Shown here: one piece after another, positions 11,875 through 22,611 of the stretch | How the letters are laid out: every line of letters starts with the position of its first letter | Position numbering within the stretch: position 1 is the stretch's first letter | NCBI GenBank assembly: GCA_022561775.1 | Contig: JADFQO010000010.1 | Location: 2,029 to 66,028 of the forward strand | Source of the DNA: Myxococcales bacterium | GTDB lineage: Bacteria; Myxococcota_A; UBA9160; SMWR01 | DNA: 64,000 nucleotides | Reading direction: 5' to 3' | Notes under the pieces: model-generated | Told to the model about the DNA's origin: nothing | What the model saw: the letters and a program-made list of their open reading frames with translations, nothing else | Databases searched by the model: none | Translations under genes and position numbers: made by a program

Positions 11875-12410
11875 TGCCCGGCCGGGTGGGCAGCTGGCTG
11901 CTCGGGGCAGGGGTGGCGGCCGCGACGCTGTTCGCCCTGCTTTTGGGTGCCGACACGCCAGCCCCCGTCGCTCGCGGAACGCCGGCGCCCGCGTTCGAAC
12001 TCCCGCGCGCGGGCGGTGGCCCTTCGCTGAGTGTCGAACAATTGCGAGGCAAGGTCGTGCTGCTGAATTTCTGGGCGACCTGGTGCAAACCGTGCGAAGA
12101 CGAGATGCCCGCGATGGAGCGCTTGTACCGCACGCTCGCCGGCAGCGATTTCGAACTGGTTGCGATTTCGGTGGACGAAGACGAAGTGGCCGTCAACGCG
12201 TTTGTGAATCGCCTCGGACTGTCCTTTCCGATCCTGTTGGATCCGTCGCAAGAAGTTGCCCGTGCGTACCAGACGTTTCGGTTTCCCGAATCGTTGTTGG
12301 TCGGACGCGATGGCGTCGTCTTGGAGCGATACGTGGGCCCCAAGGAATGGGATGCCGACGCCTATCTGAGCCGCATCCAGCGGTTGTTGGCCGATGGCGC
12401 TGCTGGCTGA
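11874..12410 (+). CDS. TlpA/ResA-like periplasmic thiol:disulfide oxidoreductase
   Basis: N-terminal hydrophobic anchor and thioredoxin-fold motif NFWATWCKPCEDEMP. The ATG overlaps the rplQ stop (TGATG). Confidence 0.8.
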   Translation: MPGRVGSWLLGAGVAAATLFALLLGADTPAPVARGTPAPAFELPRAGGGPSLSVEQLRGKVVLLNFWATWCKPCEDEMPAMERLYRTLAGSDFELVAISVDEDEVAVNAFVNRLGLSFPILLDPSQEVARAYQTFRFPESLLVGRDGVVLERYVGPKEWDADAYLSRIQRLLADGAAG

Positions 12411-12458
12411 GTCGGGAGTCCGGCGGTAAGCTTCGCCCTCCGGCTCTCGGGGGGAAGC

Positions 12459-12755
12459 GTGAAGCCGCTGCTCATCATTCCGGCGCTATTCGCGGCGGCG
12501 CTGATCTACATCAGTGCGGATCGAGGGGCGGGCCTCTCGACCTGGATCCGCGACCGGGATGCCCTGGCGAGCTCAGAAGAGCAGATCGCGCACCTCGAAG
12601 CCGAGATCGTTCGCCTGAAAGCCGCGATCGGTCGGCTCGAGCGCGATCCATTCGCGATCGAGCGGGCCATCCGCGACGATCTCGAGTGGGCGCGAGCCGG
12701 TGAAACCGTGGTCCGCCTTCCCGGTGCTCTTGACTCAAATCCCCGATTTCCTTGA
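12459..12755 (+). CDS. Septum formation initiator (FtsB/DivIC-like)
   Basis: 98 aa: one TM helix, then a coiled coil and a DP.AIER.IRDDLEWARAGETVV ending typical of FtsB/DivIC. Confidence 0.65.
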   Translation: MKPLLIIPALFAAALIYISADRGAGLSTWIRDRDALASSEEQIAHLEAEIVRLKAAIGRLERDPFAIERAIRDDLEWARAGETVVRLPGALDSNPRFP

Positions 12756-14514
12756 CGAAATCAAGCGACACTGCGATCCTCGCCCGATCGTGAAGGAACG
12801 TCTTCAGCAGGAGTTCAGCGGTGCCCTCGAGCGGATCCTCGGGCCCGATGACGAGATCCCCGCGTTTACCCTCGAGGCGCCCCGCAACCCCGATCACGGT
12901 GATTTCGCGTGTAACGCCGCGATGTTGCTCGCCAGGCAGCTCAGGCAGTCGCCGTGCGAGATCGCCAAGCGCATCGTCGCGGAACTCGGCGTCGGTTCCG
13001 GGCTGATCGAGCGCGCGGAGGTCGCCGGCCCCGGATTCGTCAATATCTGGCTGTGCGAGGCCCGCTGGCACGCGCTGTTGCCCAAGGTACTCGCGGCCGG
13101 ACCGCGTTATGGCCACTGTGACGCCGGGGCGAATCGCAGGGTGCAGGTCGAATTCGTCTCGGCCAATCCGACCGGCCCACTCACCCTGGGTCACGGTCGT
13201 CAGGCTGTGCTCGGCGGCTGCATTGCGCGTCTGCTCGAAGCCTGCGGCTATCGGGTGACGCGCGAGTACTACTTCAACAATGCCGGCCGGCAGATGCGGG
13301 TTCTCGGTGAATCCGTTCGCGCCCGCTATCTGGAACAATTGGGTCGCGCCGCGCCTCCGCCCGTGGATGCGCTTGCCGACCCAGAGGCCGGCTGGCCCGA
13401 GTCCATCGACGGTCTGCCCGTCGTCTTTCCCCGCGACGGCTATCAGGGGAGTTATATCTCCGAGATCGCGGAAGCGCTTCGCGCCGAGCACGGAGAAGCC
13501 CTGGTCGACGAACCCGGAGACGGTCTGTTCCGAACCGTGACCACAGAGCGCATCTTTGCGGGCATCCGTCGGACCCTTGAAAGCATGAGAGTCTCCTTCG
13601 ACGTCTATGCGGGTGAAGCCGATCTCTACACCGATGGAAAAGTCGAGGAAACCCTTGAGGATCTGCGGGCGCGGGATCTCGTCTTCGAAGCGGATGGTGC
13701 GATCTGGCTCCGCGCGACGGCGCTCGGCCTGGATCGCGACCGGGTGCTGGTGAAGTCGAGTGGCGAACCCACCTATTTGCTTCCCGACATCGCCTATCAC
13801 CGGGACAAATTCCGGCGCGGCTTCGAAATCGTCATCGACGTACAGGGCGCAGACCACGGCGACCAGTTTCCCTTCGTTCGCGAGACGGCCGTAGCGCTCG
13901 GCTGCCCGGTCGATTCCATCGAGATCGTCATGCACCAGTTCGTCACGCTGACACGAGACGGGTTTCAGGTGAAGCAATCCACCCGGCGGGCCACCTACGT
14001 GACCGTCGACGAGCTGATCGAAGAAGTTGGCGTCGACGTCTTTCGCTTCTTCATGGTCCAGCGCAGGGCGGATGGGCACCTCGACTTCGATGTCGATCTC
14101 GCGATGGAAGCCGATTGGAAGAAGAACCCGGCCATGTACATCCAGTACGCACACGCGCGAACCCACGGGATCGAGCGCAAGGCGAAGGAGCAGGGTGTCG
14201 CGATGCCCGGCGCGACCAATATCGACGCCGCGGCGCTCGTATTGCCCGAAGAGATCGAAATCCTGAAGCGGGTGTCGGAATTCCCCGAGGTCGTCACCCG
14301 TGCGGCCGAGACCCGTGAGCCCCATCACGTTGCCTATTATCTCCGAGAGCTGGCCGGTCTCTGGAATCCCTACGTTCAAGATAGCGTCCGACACCGAGTA
14401 TTGTCGGATGATCCCACGCTCACCCATGCGCGCCTTGGGTTGGCGCTCGCAGTGCGGATCGTACTTGCCAACGGTTTGGAGTTGCTGGGAATCTCGGCGC
14501 CGGAGCAGATGTAA
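12700..14514 (+). CDS. argS: Arginine--tRNA ligase
   Basis: Class I signatures (SANPTGPLTLGHGR as the HIGH-like block, anticodon-binding C-terminus). The start is uncertain: GTG 12700 overlaps the ftsB-like gene by 56 nt, and in-frame GTG 12724 and TTG 12730 are alternatives. Confidence 0.92.
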   Translation: MKPWSAFPVLLTQIPDFLDEIKRHCDPRPIVKERLQQEFSGALERILGPDDEIPAFTLEAPRNPDHGDFACNAAMLLARQLRQSPCEIAKRIVAELGVGSGLIERAEVAGPGFVNIWLCEARWHALLPKVLAAGPRYGHCDAGANRRVQVEFVSANPTGPLTLGHGRQAVLGGCIARLLEACGYRVTREYYFNNAGRQMRVLGESVRARYLEQLGRAAPPPVDALADPEAGWPESIDGLPVVFPRDGYQGSYISEIAEALRAEHGEALVDEPGDGLFRTVTTERIFAGIRRTLESMRVSFDVYAGEADLYTDGKVEETLEDLRARDLVFEADGAIWLRATALGLDRDRVLVKSSGEPTYLLPDIAYHRDKFRRGFEIVIDVQGADHGDQFPFVRETAVALGCPVDSIEIVMHQFVTLTRDGFQVKQSTRRATYVTVDELIEEVGVDVFRFFMVQRRADGHLDFDVDLAMEADWKKNPAMYIQYAHARTHGIERKAKEQGVAMPGATNIDAAALVLPEEIEILKRVSEFPEVVTRAAETREPHHVAYYLRELAGLWNPYVQDSVRHRVLSDDPTLTHARLGLALAVRIVLANGLELLGISAPEQM

Positions 14515-15122
14515 TGGCAGAGCGAAGATCACGCGAGAGCTACCGGAGATACGGATGGCCCTCGATCACTGCGGTCGTTGTGGTCGTGGTTGCGGCGGGC
14601 TTTACGATCGGGGTCGTCGCGGGCATCAGCTGGGAAGAGCCCGGGCTGGTGGTCGGGTATCTGAGCGGGCAGACCGAGGGAATCGATTGGGGCGTCGGAG
14701 CGGAGGATCCCGAAGCGGACGACCTGGCGGCAGATGGCGCGATTCCCGAACCGCCGAGCGTCGCGGTTCAGCCGCCGCTGGGTCTGCGCAAGGCGCCGGA
14801 TGCCGCCGTTTCGGACCGCACGAGAAGTCCAGCGGGCGCTGGAGCCTCGTCGGCGCGCAGCGCCGCGCCGACTTCGACGCGACCTGCTGCGGGGTTCGCG
14901 GTCCAGGTGGGCGCATTCTCGGAGAAGCGTGCCGCGCAGGCGCTCTCGGACTTGCTGCGCGAGCACGGCTACCCGGTGTATCTGTCTCCGACCGAGGGTA
15001 GGCCGGCCAGCTGGCGCGTGCGGGTTGGACCCCTGGGCACGCGGCCGGAGGCGGAAAAGACGGCGCGCCGACTCGAGACCGCGGAGAAGTTGCCGACCTG
15101 GGTGCTCGGCGAAGACTCATGA
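14514..15122 (+). CDS. SPOR (peptidoglycan-binding) domain membrane protein
   Basis: N-terminal TM helix, low-complexity linker, and C-terminal FAVQVGAFSEKRAAQALSDLL...WRVRVGP...EAEKTARRL, a SPOR pattern. The start overlaps the argS stop (TAATG). Confidence 0.7.
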   Translation: MAERRSRESYRRYGWPSITAVVVVVVAAGFTIGVVAGISWEEPGLVVGYLSGQTEGIDWGVGAEDPEADDLAADGAIPEPPSVAVQPPLGLRKAPDAAVSDRTRSPAGAGASSARSAAPTSTRPAAGFAVQVGAFSEKRAAQALSDLLREHGYPVYLSPTEGRPASWRVRVGPLGTRPEAEKTARRLETAEKLPTWVLGEDS

Positions 15123-16027
15123 CATCGCGATGGCTCATCGCGGGTTGTCGGGGGCAGCTCGGGCACGCCCTCAGCGAGCGCCTGGCCGCGGACACCGACT
15201 GCGAGGTCGTTGCCGCGGTCGATCTCCCGGAGGTGGATCTCGCCGATGCGCAAGCGGTGGGAGCGCTCTTCACGGGACTCGCCTCAGAACCGCCGGACGT
15301 CGCAGTCAACGTCGCGGCGTTCACCCAGGTGGACCGCTGCGAGCGGGAGCCCGAAGCCGCAGAGAGGGGCAACACCGTCGCGCCCGCCTTGCTCGCCGAG
15401 GCGTGTGAGAAACGCGGGATCCGCCTGGTACACGTTTCCACCGACTACGTTTTTTCGGGGGATTCCCCGATCGCCTACCGCGAGCAGGACGAGCCCAAAC
15501 CGCGCACTGTCTACGGGCGCACCAAGCTCGCGGGCGAGGAGCGAGTCCTGACGACTTCACCCGATTCGTTGATCCTGCGGACCAGCTGGCTCTTTGGCCA
15601 GGGCCGCAATTTCATCGCGGCCATCCTCGCCCAGGCCCGCGAGCGTCGCGCCGGGCGCGCGAGCGGACCGCTGCGGGTGGTGGACGATCAGTACGGGCGC
15701 CCCACCTACGCCCACGACCTGGCTGGAGCGATCGTCTACCTCGTAGAACGCGGGGCGCGCGGCCTCTACCACGTCGCCAATCGCGAAGTGGCGAGCTGGT
15801 GGGAGTTGGCGCGCGCGAGTCTGGACGAGGCCGGCTACGAAGACCTCAGCGTCGAGCGCATTCGGACCGATGAGTTGACGCTGGACGCCCCCCGGCCGAT
15901 GCGGTCGGTGCTGGATTGTTCGAAGGCCGAAGCGCTGGGAGTGAAGATGCGTAGCTGGAGGGATGCGGTCAGCGCGTATCTCGCTTCCTCGGACTCCCCC
16001 ATTTCGAAGGAGCGAGGGATCGGCTGA
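15119..16027 (+). CDS. rfbD: dTDP-4-dehydrorhamnose reductase
   Basis: Short-chain dehydrogenase fold with STDYVFSG and YGRTKLAGE (YxxxK). ATGA overlap with the SPOR gene. Confidence 0.8.
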   Translation: MTSRWLIAGCRGQLGHALSERLAADTDCEVVAAVDLPEVDLADAQAVGALFTGLASEPPDVAVNVAAFTQVDRCEREPEAAERGNTVAPALLAEACEKRGIRLVHVSTDYVFSGDSPIAYREQDEPKPRTVYGRTKLAGEERVLTTSPDSLILRTSWLFGQGRNFIAAILAQARERRAGRASGPLRVVDDQYGRPTYAHDLAGAIVYLVERGARGLYHVANREVASWWELARASLDEAGYEDLSVERIRTDELTLDAPRPMRSVLDCSKAEALGVKMRSWRDAVSAYLASSDSPISKERGIG

Positions 16028-17019
16028 TGGGTGGCGAGCGCGAGATGAAGCGGATTCTCGTGACCGGCGGTGCGGGTTTCATCGGCTCCCATATCTGCCA
16101 TACCCTGCTCGACGCGGGCTGTCGGGTCGTTGCCTACGACAATCTGCTCACCGGGTCGATCGACAACATCGAGCCGTTGCTCGGTCATCCGTCCTTCGAG
16201 TTTCAGCATTACGATGTCACCAACTTTCTCTACGTCGACGGTGACCTCGATGCGATCCTCCACTTCGCGTCACCCGCAAGCCCCGCAGACTTCGAGCGCC
16301 TTCCGATCGAGATTCTCAAGGTAGGCTCGCTCGGCACCCACAAGGCGCTGGGGCTCGCGAAGGCCAAGAACGCGCGGTTTCTGTTGGCGAGCACTTCTGA
16401 GTGTTACGGAGATCCGGAGGTGAACCCACAGCCTGAGAGTTATTGGGGCAACGTTAATCCGATCGGGATCCGCGGTGTCTACGACGAGGCCAAGCGCTTC
16501 GCGGAGGCCATGACGATGGCCTACCACCGTCATCACGGCGTCGATGTTCGGATTGTTCGGATCTTCAATACCTTCGGACCGCGCATGCAGATCGACGACG
16601 GTCGTGCCATACCGAACTTCTTTCGGCAGGCCCTCCTAGGAGAGAGCCTCAGCCTCTTCGGAGATGGGTCACAGACGCGGTCGTTCATGTACGTCGACGA
16701 CCTCATCGAAGGAGTGTGGCGACTGCTCGGTTCGAGCTACGTCGGACCCGTCAATATCGGGAACCCGAACGAGATGACGCTGCGCGCCATGGCGGAGAAG
16801 ATCATCGAGATCACCGGCAGCGCGAGCTCGATCGAGACGATGCCGCTTCCCCCCGATGACCCCAAGGTGCGGCGGCCGGACATTTCGCTCGCCCAGAAGG
16901 TTCTGGGTGGCTGGGAGCCGAAGATTTCGATCGAGGATGGCCTGCGCAGAACACGCGACTATTTCATCAAGGTTCTGTCCGAACGGAAGGTGTCGAACCG
17001 CGACGAGTCGATCCCGTGA
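16027..17019 (+). CDS. UDP-glucuronate decarboxylase (UDP-xylose synthase family) NAD-dependent epimerase/dehydratase
   Basis: [26 protein letters not shown] (YxxxK), [10 protein letters not shown] are typical of the UXS/ArnA-decarboxylase family. The start is ATG 16027 (TGATG overlap) or ATG 16045 (MKRILVTGG). Confidence 0.8.
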   Translation: MGGEREMKRILVTGGAGFIGSHICHTLLDAGCRVVAYDNLLTGSIDNIEPLLGHPSFEFQHYDVTNFLYVDGDLDAILHFASPASPADFERLPIEILKVGSLGTHKALGLAKAKNARFLLASTSECYGDPEVNPQPESYWGNVNPIGIRGVYDEAKRFAEAMTMAYHRHHGVDVRIVRIFNTFGPRMQIDDGRAIPNFFRQALLGESLSLFGDGSQTRSFMYVDDLIEGVWRLLGSSYVGPVNIGNPNEMTLRAMAEKIIEITGSASSIETMPLPPDDPKVRRPDISLAQKVLGGWEPKISIEDGLRRTRDYFIKVLSERKVSNRDESIP

Positions 17020-18818
17020 CCGACCCGCAGCGCATACGGAACTTCAGCATCATCGCCCACATCGACCACGGCAAGAGCACGTTGGCGGATCGCCTGCTCG
17101 ATGCGACGGACGCCCTCGACGCGCGGGAGAAGCGCGCCCAGTTCCTCGACAAGATGGATCTGGAACGCGAGCGCGGAATCACCATCAAGGCGCAATCCGT
17201 CCGCATGTATTACACGGCTGCTGACGGATCGGAGTACGTGCTCAATTTGATCGATACTCCGGGGCATGTCGACTTTTCCTACGAAGTGTCGCGAGCCCTG
17301 CAGGCTTGCGAGGGCGCCGTATTGGTGGTGGATGCCGCGCAGGGCATCGAAGCCCAGACCCTCGCCAACGCCTACATGGCCGTCGACGCGAACCTCGAAA
17401 TCATACCCGTCGTGAACAAGATCGACCTGCCCTCCGCGGATCCAGACCGGGTGGCTGAGGAGATCGAAGAGATGGTCGGGCTCGACGCTGCGGACGTGCT
17501 GCCGGTTTCCGCGAAGGAGGGAAAGGGGATCTCCGAATTGTTGGAGCGCATCGTGAAGGACGTGCCGCCGCCTGGTGGCGATCCCAGTGCGCCGCTGCGG
17601 GCACTGGTCTTCGATTCCTGGTTTGATGCGTACGTGGGTGCGGTGATGTTGGTGCGGGTGGTGGACGGTCGGTTCGTGAAGGGTGCGCGGATCCTGATGA
17701 TGGCCGGTGGAACCGAACACGATGTCCAGATGCTCAATCTCGTCGATCCGCACCCCCGCGAGGTCGAATCTCTGGGTGCGGGCGAAGTGGGTCTGGTGAT
17801 CGCCGGCATCAAGAGCCTCGAGGATGTCCGGATCGGCGATACGCTCACCGAAGCCGCGCGCCCGGCTGCAGAGGGCCTGGAGGGTTTTCGAGTCGTCAAA
17901 CCGATGGTCTTTGCGGGTCTCTATCCCGTGGATTCCGAGGATTACGAGGACCTGAAGGTGGCGCTCCAGAAGCTCTGCCTCAACGATTCGTCACTTCACT
18001 ACGAGCCCGAGACGAGCGCGGCGCTCGGGTTTGGGTTTCGCTGCGGCTTCCTCGGGTTTCTTCACAACGAGATCGTTCAGGAGCGCCTCGAACGCGAGTA
18101 CAATCTGAATCTGATCACCACGGCACCGACCGTTCGCTACCGTGTCGTGCTGCAGACGGGGGGCGTGATCGAGATCGAAAGCCCTGCGGCGCTTCCGTCC
18201 CCCGATGCTCTCAAACAGATCGAAGAGCCCCTGATCCTCGCGACCATCCACGTGCCGCCGGATTACGTCGGCGCGGTGCTCGCGCTCTGCCAGGAGCGTC
18301 GCGGAGTCCAGCGCGACATGACCCATCACCGCTCCAGGGTGCAGCTGCGCTACGAGCTGCCCCTGAGCGAGGTCGTCTACGATTTTCACGACCGGATCAA
18401 GAGCGTGACGCGTGGCTACGGTTCCTTCGACTACGAACTTGCTGGCTATCAGCCTGCCGACCTCGTGAAGCTCGATATCCTCGTCAACGGTGAGTCGGTC
18501 GATGCGCTGTCGCTGATCGTTCATCGCGACAAGGCCTTTGCGCGCGGATCCGATCTCACGCGCAAGCTCAAGGAGTTCATCCCGCGTCAGATGTACGAAG
18601 TTGCCATTCAGGCCTCGATCGGGACGCGAGTCATCGCGCGCACCACCGTCAAGGCGCTGCGCAAGAACGTGACCGCCAAGTGTTACGGTGGTGATATCAC
18701 GCGGAAGCGCAAGCTGCTCGAGAAACAGAAAGAGGGCAAGAAACGCATGAAGAAGGTCGGGTCCGTGGAAATTCCGCAGGAAGCCTTTCTCGCGGCTCTC
18801 AAGATCGGAGACAATTGA
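17016..18818 (+). CDS. lepA: Elongation factor 4 (LepA)
   Basis: 600 aa; [31 protein letters not shown]-motifs and the LepA C-terminal domain. The GTG overlaps the upstream stop. Confidence 0.97.
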   Translation: MTDPQRIRNFSIIAHIDHGKSTLADRLLDATDALDAREKRAQFLDKMDLERERGITIKAQSVRMYYTAADGSEYVLNLIDTPGHVDFSYEVSRALQACEGAVLVVDAAQGIEAQTLANAYMAVDANLEIIPVVNKIDLPSADPDRVAEEIEEMVGLDAADVLPVSAKEGKGISELLERIVKDVPPPGGDPSAPLRALVFDSWFDAYVGAVMLVRVVDGRFVKGARILMMAGGTEHDVQMLNLVDPHPREVESLGAGEVGLVIAGIKSLEDVRIGDTLTEAARPAAEGLEGFRVVKPMVFAGLYPVDSEDYEDLKVALQKLCLNDSSLHYEPETSAALGFGFRCGFLGFLHNEIVQERLEREYNLNLITTAPTVRYRVVLQTGGVIEIESPAALPSPDALKQIEEPLILATIHVPPDYVGAVLALCQERRGVQRDMTHHRSRVQLRYELPLSEVVYDFHDRIKSVTRGYGSFDYELAGYQPADLVKLDILVNGESVDALSLIVHRDKAFARGSDLTRKLKEFIPRQMYEVAIQASIGTRVIARTTVKALRKNVTAKCYGGDITRKRKLLEKQKEGKKRMKKVGSVEIPQEAFLAALKIGDN

Positions 18819-19636
18819 AGTTGAAAGCGAAGCAAGCGACGAAGGGCGCCGAAACAGCAAACTCCGAGCGGCGCTTGGAGGGTGGCCTCTGGGAGCAGGT
18901 CGTCACGTTCGGGCTCGCCGTTCTGATCGCGCTCTGCGTGCGGCAGTTCGTCATTGAGCCGTTTCGGATCCCCTCCGGGTCGATGTTTCCGACCCTGTTG
19001 ATCGGCGATCACCTGTTCGTCAACAAATTCATCTACGGGCCGAAGCTCCCCTTCAGCGACATCCGCCTGCCCGGATTCCGCAAACCGGAGCGAGGTGAGG
19101 TGGTCGTCTTCACCGTCGCAAAGCGGGGGCGAGACACTTTTCCCGCGGATCGTGAACCCCATCTTCCGCGAGAAGAGTTCGTCAAGCGCGTCATCGGGTT
19201 GCCGGGGGATGAGATCGATTTCCGAAACGGAAAGTACTACGTCAACGGAGAGGTGATCGAGGCCGAACCGCTCGGCGAAGTCTTCGAGGACCCGAAGGGG
19301 ATGCTCCTCGAGTTGAGCGAGATTTCGCTCGGGTCGCATACATTTTTCACCCTCGACGATCCCTACAATCCCGGACCCATGCGAACCACGGATGGCGAGG
19401 CAATCTCGTGGCCGATTCGGGTCGAGGAGGGGCGTTACTTCATGCTCGGCGACAACCGCGACCACTCCAAGGACAGCAGGGTCTGGGGAACCGTTCGACT
19501 CGCTGAAATCAAGGGGCCGGCCTTCATCATCTACTGGTCCTGGAACTTCAATGGGGGCTGGTTGGAGGTGCTCAATCCCGTGACCTGGTTCAGGGTCGAC
19601 AAGCGCTGGGATCGCTTGGGAGACCGCGTGCCTTGA
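18815..19636 (+). CDS. lepB: Signal peptidase I
   Basis: [10 protein letters not shown] (catalytic Ser), KRVIGLPGD (Lys box), [11 protein letters not shown] box. The TTG start overlaps the lepA stop. Confidence 0.9.
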   Translation: MKLKAKQATKGAETANSERRLEGGLWEQVVTFGLAVLIALCVRQFVIEPFRIPSGSMFPTLLIGDHLFVNKFIYGPKLPFSDIRLPGFRKPERGEVVVFTVAKRGRDTFPADREPHLPREEFVKRVIGLPGDEIDFRNGKYYVNGEVIEAEPLGEVFEDPKGMLLELSEISLGSHTFFTLDDPYNPGPMRTTDGEAISWPIRVEEGRYFMLGDNRDHSKDSRVWGTVRLAEIKGPAFIIYWSWNFNGGWLEVLNPVTWFRVDKRWDRLGDRVP

Positions 19637-19652
19637 GGCCCCGCGGCTCCAT

Positions 19653-19680
19653 TTGACTGGGGCCGTTCAGGGGGTATCCT
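19653..19680 (+). promoter_or_regulatory. Candidate sigma70-type promoter of the pyr operon (TTGACT-N16-TATCCT)
   Basis: TTGACT at 19653-19658 and TATCCT at 19675-19680, with 16-nt spacing. It lies in the 100-nt gap between lepB and pyrR. Confidence 0.4.
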
Positions 19681-19696
19681 CTGATCTGCATTCAGG

Positions 19697-19730
19697 CTCT
19701 TTTAATTCCGTCCCGTGAGGCGGAGAAAGT
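19697..19730 (+). promoter_or_regulatory. PyrR-binding RNA element in the pyrR leader
   Basis: cucuuuuaauUCCguCCcGuGAGGCgGAGAAag resembles the PyrR binding-loop core known from Bacillus (..UCCAGAGAGGCUGAGAAGG). Possible stem CUUU/AAAG plus UUCCG/CGGAG. The GGAG Shine-Dalgarno of pyrR (GTG 19737) lies in the 3' arm. Confidence 0.6.
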
Positions 19731-19736
19731 GCGGTC

Positions 19737-20327
19737 GTGACCTCCCATCAACCTAACACTCGTCCGGATTCCAGCGCGCCGAGCGGCCGACACGTCGTGA
19801 TGAACGACGTCGCGATCCGCCGCGCGCTGATGCGCATCGCACACGAAGTCCTCGAGCGCTGCGAAGATCTCGAACGCCTCTACCTGGTCGCGATCCCGAA
19901 TGGTGGGGTGCCGCTCGCACGCCAACTCACCGCCAATTTCAAGCAGATCGCAGACGTCAACGTCATCGTCGGGATCCTCGACACCACACTCTACCGCGAT
20001 GACCTCAAGCTCAAGGGCGAGCGACCGCTGCTGCGGGAGACCGAGATGCCCTCCGCGGTAGACGATCGGGTGGTGATCCTCGTGGACGATGTGGTGAAGA
20101 CCGGGCGAACGATTCGCGCGGCGATGGACGCCCTGATGGACTTCGGGAGGCCGAGTTCGGTCCAGGTCGTGGGATTGGTGGATCGCGGCCACCGCGAGCT
20201 GCCCATCAAGCTGGACTACGTGGGCAAGAACGTCCCCACCCAGGCGCACGAATTGGTTCGGATGAGCGGGCAGGACGGCAATCTCGAGGGAGCGCTCGAG
20301 ATCGTCGTGATGCCCGGTGAGTCCTAG
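19737..20327 (+). CDS. pyrR: Bifunctional pyrimidine operon regulator / uracil phosphoribosyltransferase PyrR
   Basis: 196 aa with PRPP-binding loop VVILVDDVVKTGRT and typical PyrR blocks (GIL.DTTLYRDD). Confidence 0.9.
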   Translation: MTSHQPNTRPDSSAPSGRHVVMNDVAIRRALMRIAHEVLERCEDLERLYLVAIPNGGVPLARQLTANFKQIADVNVIVGILDTTLYRDDLKLKGERPLLRETEMPSAVDDRVVILVDDVVKTGRTIRAAMDALMDFGRPSSVQVVGLVDRGHRELPIKLDYVGKNVPTQAHELVRMSGQDGNLEGALEIVVMPGES

Positions 20328-20345
20328 GATCTCGGGGAGAACGCA

Positions 20346-21305
20346 GTGATCGGAACAGACCTGCTCGGCATCGAGGATCTCGAGCGCGCGGATATCGAGC
20401 GCATCCTCGATACCGCCGAACATATGCGCGAAGTCGGCCGGCGCGTGGTCAAGAAGGTGCCGACGCTGCGCGGGCGAACGATCGTGAATCTCTTCTTCGA
20501 ATCCTCGACGCGCACGAGGGCGAGCTTCGAGATCGCCGGCAAACGGCTCTCCGCCGATGTCATCAACTTTTCTCCCTCCTCCTCCAGCCTGAAGAAGTCC
20601 GAGAGCATTCTGGATACCGCGCGCACGCTCGACGCGATGGATCCCGATGCCGTGGTGGTTCGACACAGTGTCGCGGGCGTTCCGAAGCAGATCGCCGACG
20701 TGCTCGCCGCACCCGTCATCAATGCGGGTGACGGGGCGCACGAACACCCCACCCAGGCGTTGCTCGATCTGCTCACCGTCAAGCTCGAAAAAGGTCGCAT
20801 CGATGGACTGACCGTGACGATCGTCGGAGATATCCTGCACTCGCGTGTCGCGCGTTCGAACATCTACGCGTTCGGCAAGATGGGCGCGGAGGTTCGCATC
20901 GCCGCTCCTCCGCCGATGATTCCGGCAGCCGTCGAGACGCTCGGCGTGAAGGTCTTCACGTCTTTGAGAGAGGCGATCGAGGGAGTCGACGTCGTGATGG
21001 CGCTGCGGATCCAAAGCGAGCGGCTCGCGGGATGCTATCTGCCGAGTGTGAGAGAGTACTCATCGACCTTCGGGATCGACCGCGAAAAGCTGAAGTACGC
21101 GAAGGAAGACGTGATCGTCATGCATCCCGGCCCCGTCAACCGAGGCGTCGAACTCTCCCACGATCTGACCGATCACCGCCCGAGCGTAATCCTCGACCAG
21201 GTGCGCAACGGCGTCGCAATCCGCATGGCGGTCCTCTACCTCCTTTCCGGTCGCCGACAAGAGGACGCACAGAGGATCGACCTGGGAAGCGGAGAGGGGA
21301 GATGA
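20346..21305 (+). CDS. pyrB: Aspartate carbamoyltransferase catalytic subunit
   Basis: [21 protein letters not shown] motifs. Confidence 0.95.
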   Translation: MIGTDLLGIEDLERADIERILDTAEHMREVGRRVVKKVPTLRGRTIVNLFFESSTRTRASFEIAGKRLSADVINFSPSSSSLKKSESILDTARTLDAMDPDAVVVRHSVAGVPKQIADVLAAPVINAGDGAHEHPTQALLDLLTVKLEKGRIDGLTVTIVGDILHSRVARSNIYAFGKMGAEVRIAAPPPMIPAAVETLGVKVFTSLREAIEGVDVVMALRIQSERLAGCYLPSVREYSSTFGIDREKLKYAKEDVIVMHPGPVNRGVELSHDLTDHRPSVILDQVRNGVAIRMAVLYLLSGRRQEDAQRIDLGSGEGR

Positions 21306-22603
21306 GCGATCGGCGAATCTGGATCCGCGGAGGGCGCATCCTCGACCCGGCCGCAGAGCGGGACGAATCCGGTGATGTGTTGATCGAAGGCGGTGTCATT
21401 GCGGCCACCGGTGCAGGGCTCGACGCGCGCGGCGCGGAGGTGATCGACGCGAACGGCGCCTGGATCGCCCCGGGTTTCGTCGATCTCCACAGCCACCTGC
21501 GCGAGCCCGGTCAGGAATACAAGGAGGACATCGCGTCGGGCGGTCGATCCGCGGTGGCCGGCGGGTTTGCGGCCGTCGCCTGCATGGCGAACACCCAGCC
21601 CGTGAACGACGACCCGGCGATGACGGACTTCATCCTCGACCGCGCCACGCAAGACTCGCCGGCCCGCGTCTATCCCATAGCGGCGGCGACCCGCGGCCTC
21701 GAAGGCGTCGTAATGACCGAGATGTCCGCACTCGTCGGTGCGGGTGCCGTGGCTTTTAGCGACGACGGCAAGACCATCATGGACGGTGGCGTGATGCGAC
21801 ACGTCCTCGAGTACTCTCGGCTCGTGAGCGTCCCGGTGATCACGCACGGTGAAGATCGCTACCTCGTCGCCAATGGTGTGGTCAACGAGGGCCCGGTTTC
21901 GACCAAGCTCGGATTGCCGGGCAATCCCGCTGTCGCCGAGGAGATCCTCGTCGTGCGCGATCTGATACTCGCGGAGTTGACGGGAGCGCACCTTCACGTC
22001 GCACACGTTTCGACCCGGGGTGCTGTCGCGGCCATCCGTCAGGCGCGAGATCGAGGCGTGCACGTCACCGCGGAAGTCACACCCCATCACCTCACCCTGA
22101 CCGACGAAGCGGTTCTCGGCTACGACACCAACGCGAAGGTGTCACCGCCGCTCAGGTCAGCGGCCGATGTGCGCGCGTGCCGCGAGGGGCTCGTCGACGG
22201 GACGATCGACGCCATCGCGACCGACCACGCCCCGCACGCGGTTCACGAGAAGGATCTCGAGTTTACGGTGGCGCCGCCGGGCCTGATCGGCTTCGAGACC
22301 GCGTTCCCGGTCGTGCTCGATCTCGTGCGCAACAGCGAGTTGAGCCCGCTCGAACTGGTGCGCCGTCTCTCGACGAATCCCGCCAGGATCCTCAAGCGTC
22401 CCGGAGGCAGCCTCGAGGTCGGAGCGCCCGCAGACGTCGCGATCCTCGACCCCGACACGAGCTGGACCTACGACCCCGCAAAGGGGTATTCGAAGAGTCG
22501 CAACTCGCCCTGGGCGGGTTGGACCCTGACGGGGCGCGCGATCGCGACGATCGTCGGAGGCCGGCTGGTCTATCACGTCGAGCGCGGCGTGCTCTACCCG
22601 TGA
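21302..22603 (+). CDS. pyrC: Dihydroorotase (or dihydroorotase-like)
   Basis: [16 protein letters not shown]... from ATG 21302 (ATGA overlap with pyrB). [12 protein letters not shown] metal-binding HxH, and ATDHAPH. Confidence 0.92.
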   Translation: MSDRRIWIRGGRILDPAAERDESGDVLIEGGVIAATGAGLDARGAEVIDANGAWIAPGFVDLHSHLREPGQEYKEDIASGGRSAVAGGFAAVACMANTQPVNDDPAMTDFILDRATQDSPARVYPIAAATRGLEGVVMTEMSALVGAGAVAFSDDGKTIMDGGVMRHVLEYSRLVSVPVITHGEDRYLVANGVVNEGPVSTKLGLPGNPAVAEEILVVRDLILAELTGAHLHVAHVSTRGAVAAIRQARDRGVHVTAEVTPHHLTLTDEAVLGYDTNAKVSPPLRSAADVRACREGLVDGTIDAIATDHAPHAVHEKDLEFTVAPPGLIGFETAFPVVLDLVRNSELSPLELVRRLSTNPARILKRPGGSLEVGAPADVAILDPDTSWTYDPAKGYSKSRNSPWAGWTLTGRAIATIVGGRLVYHVERGVLYP

Positions 22604-22611
22604 GGGGGAAG

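Noticed and set aside
19636-19664. Hairpin ggcccc-N16-ggggcc after lepB as an intrinsic terminator
   Set aside because: It has a 16-nt loop and no U-tract, and the loop contains the -35 candidate of the pyr promoter. The evidence is too weak to call.
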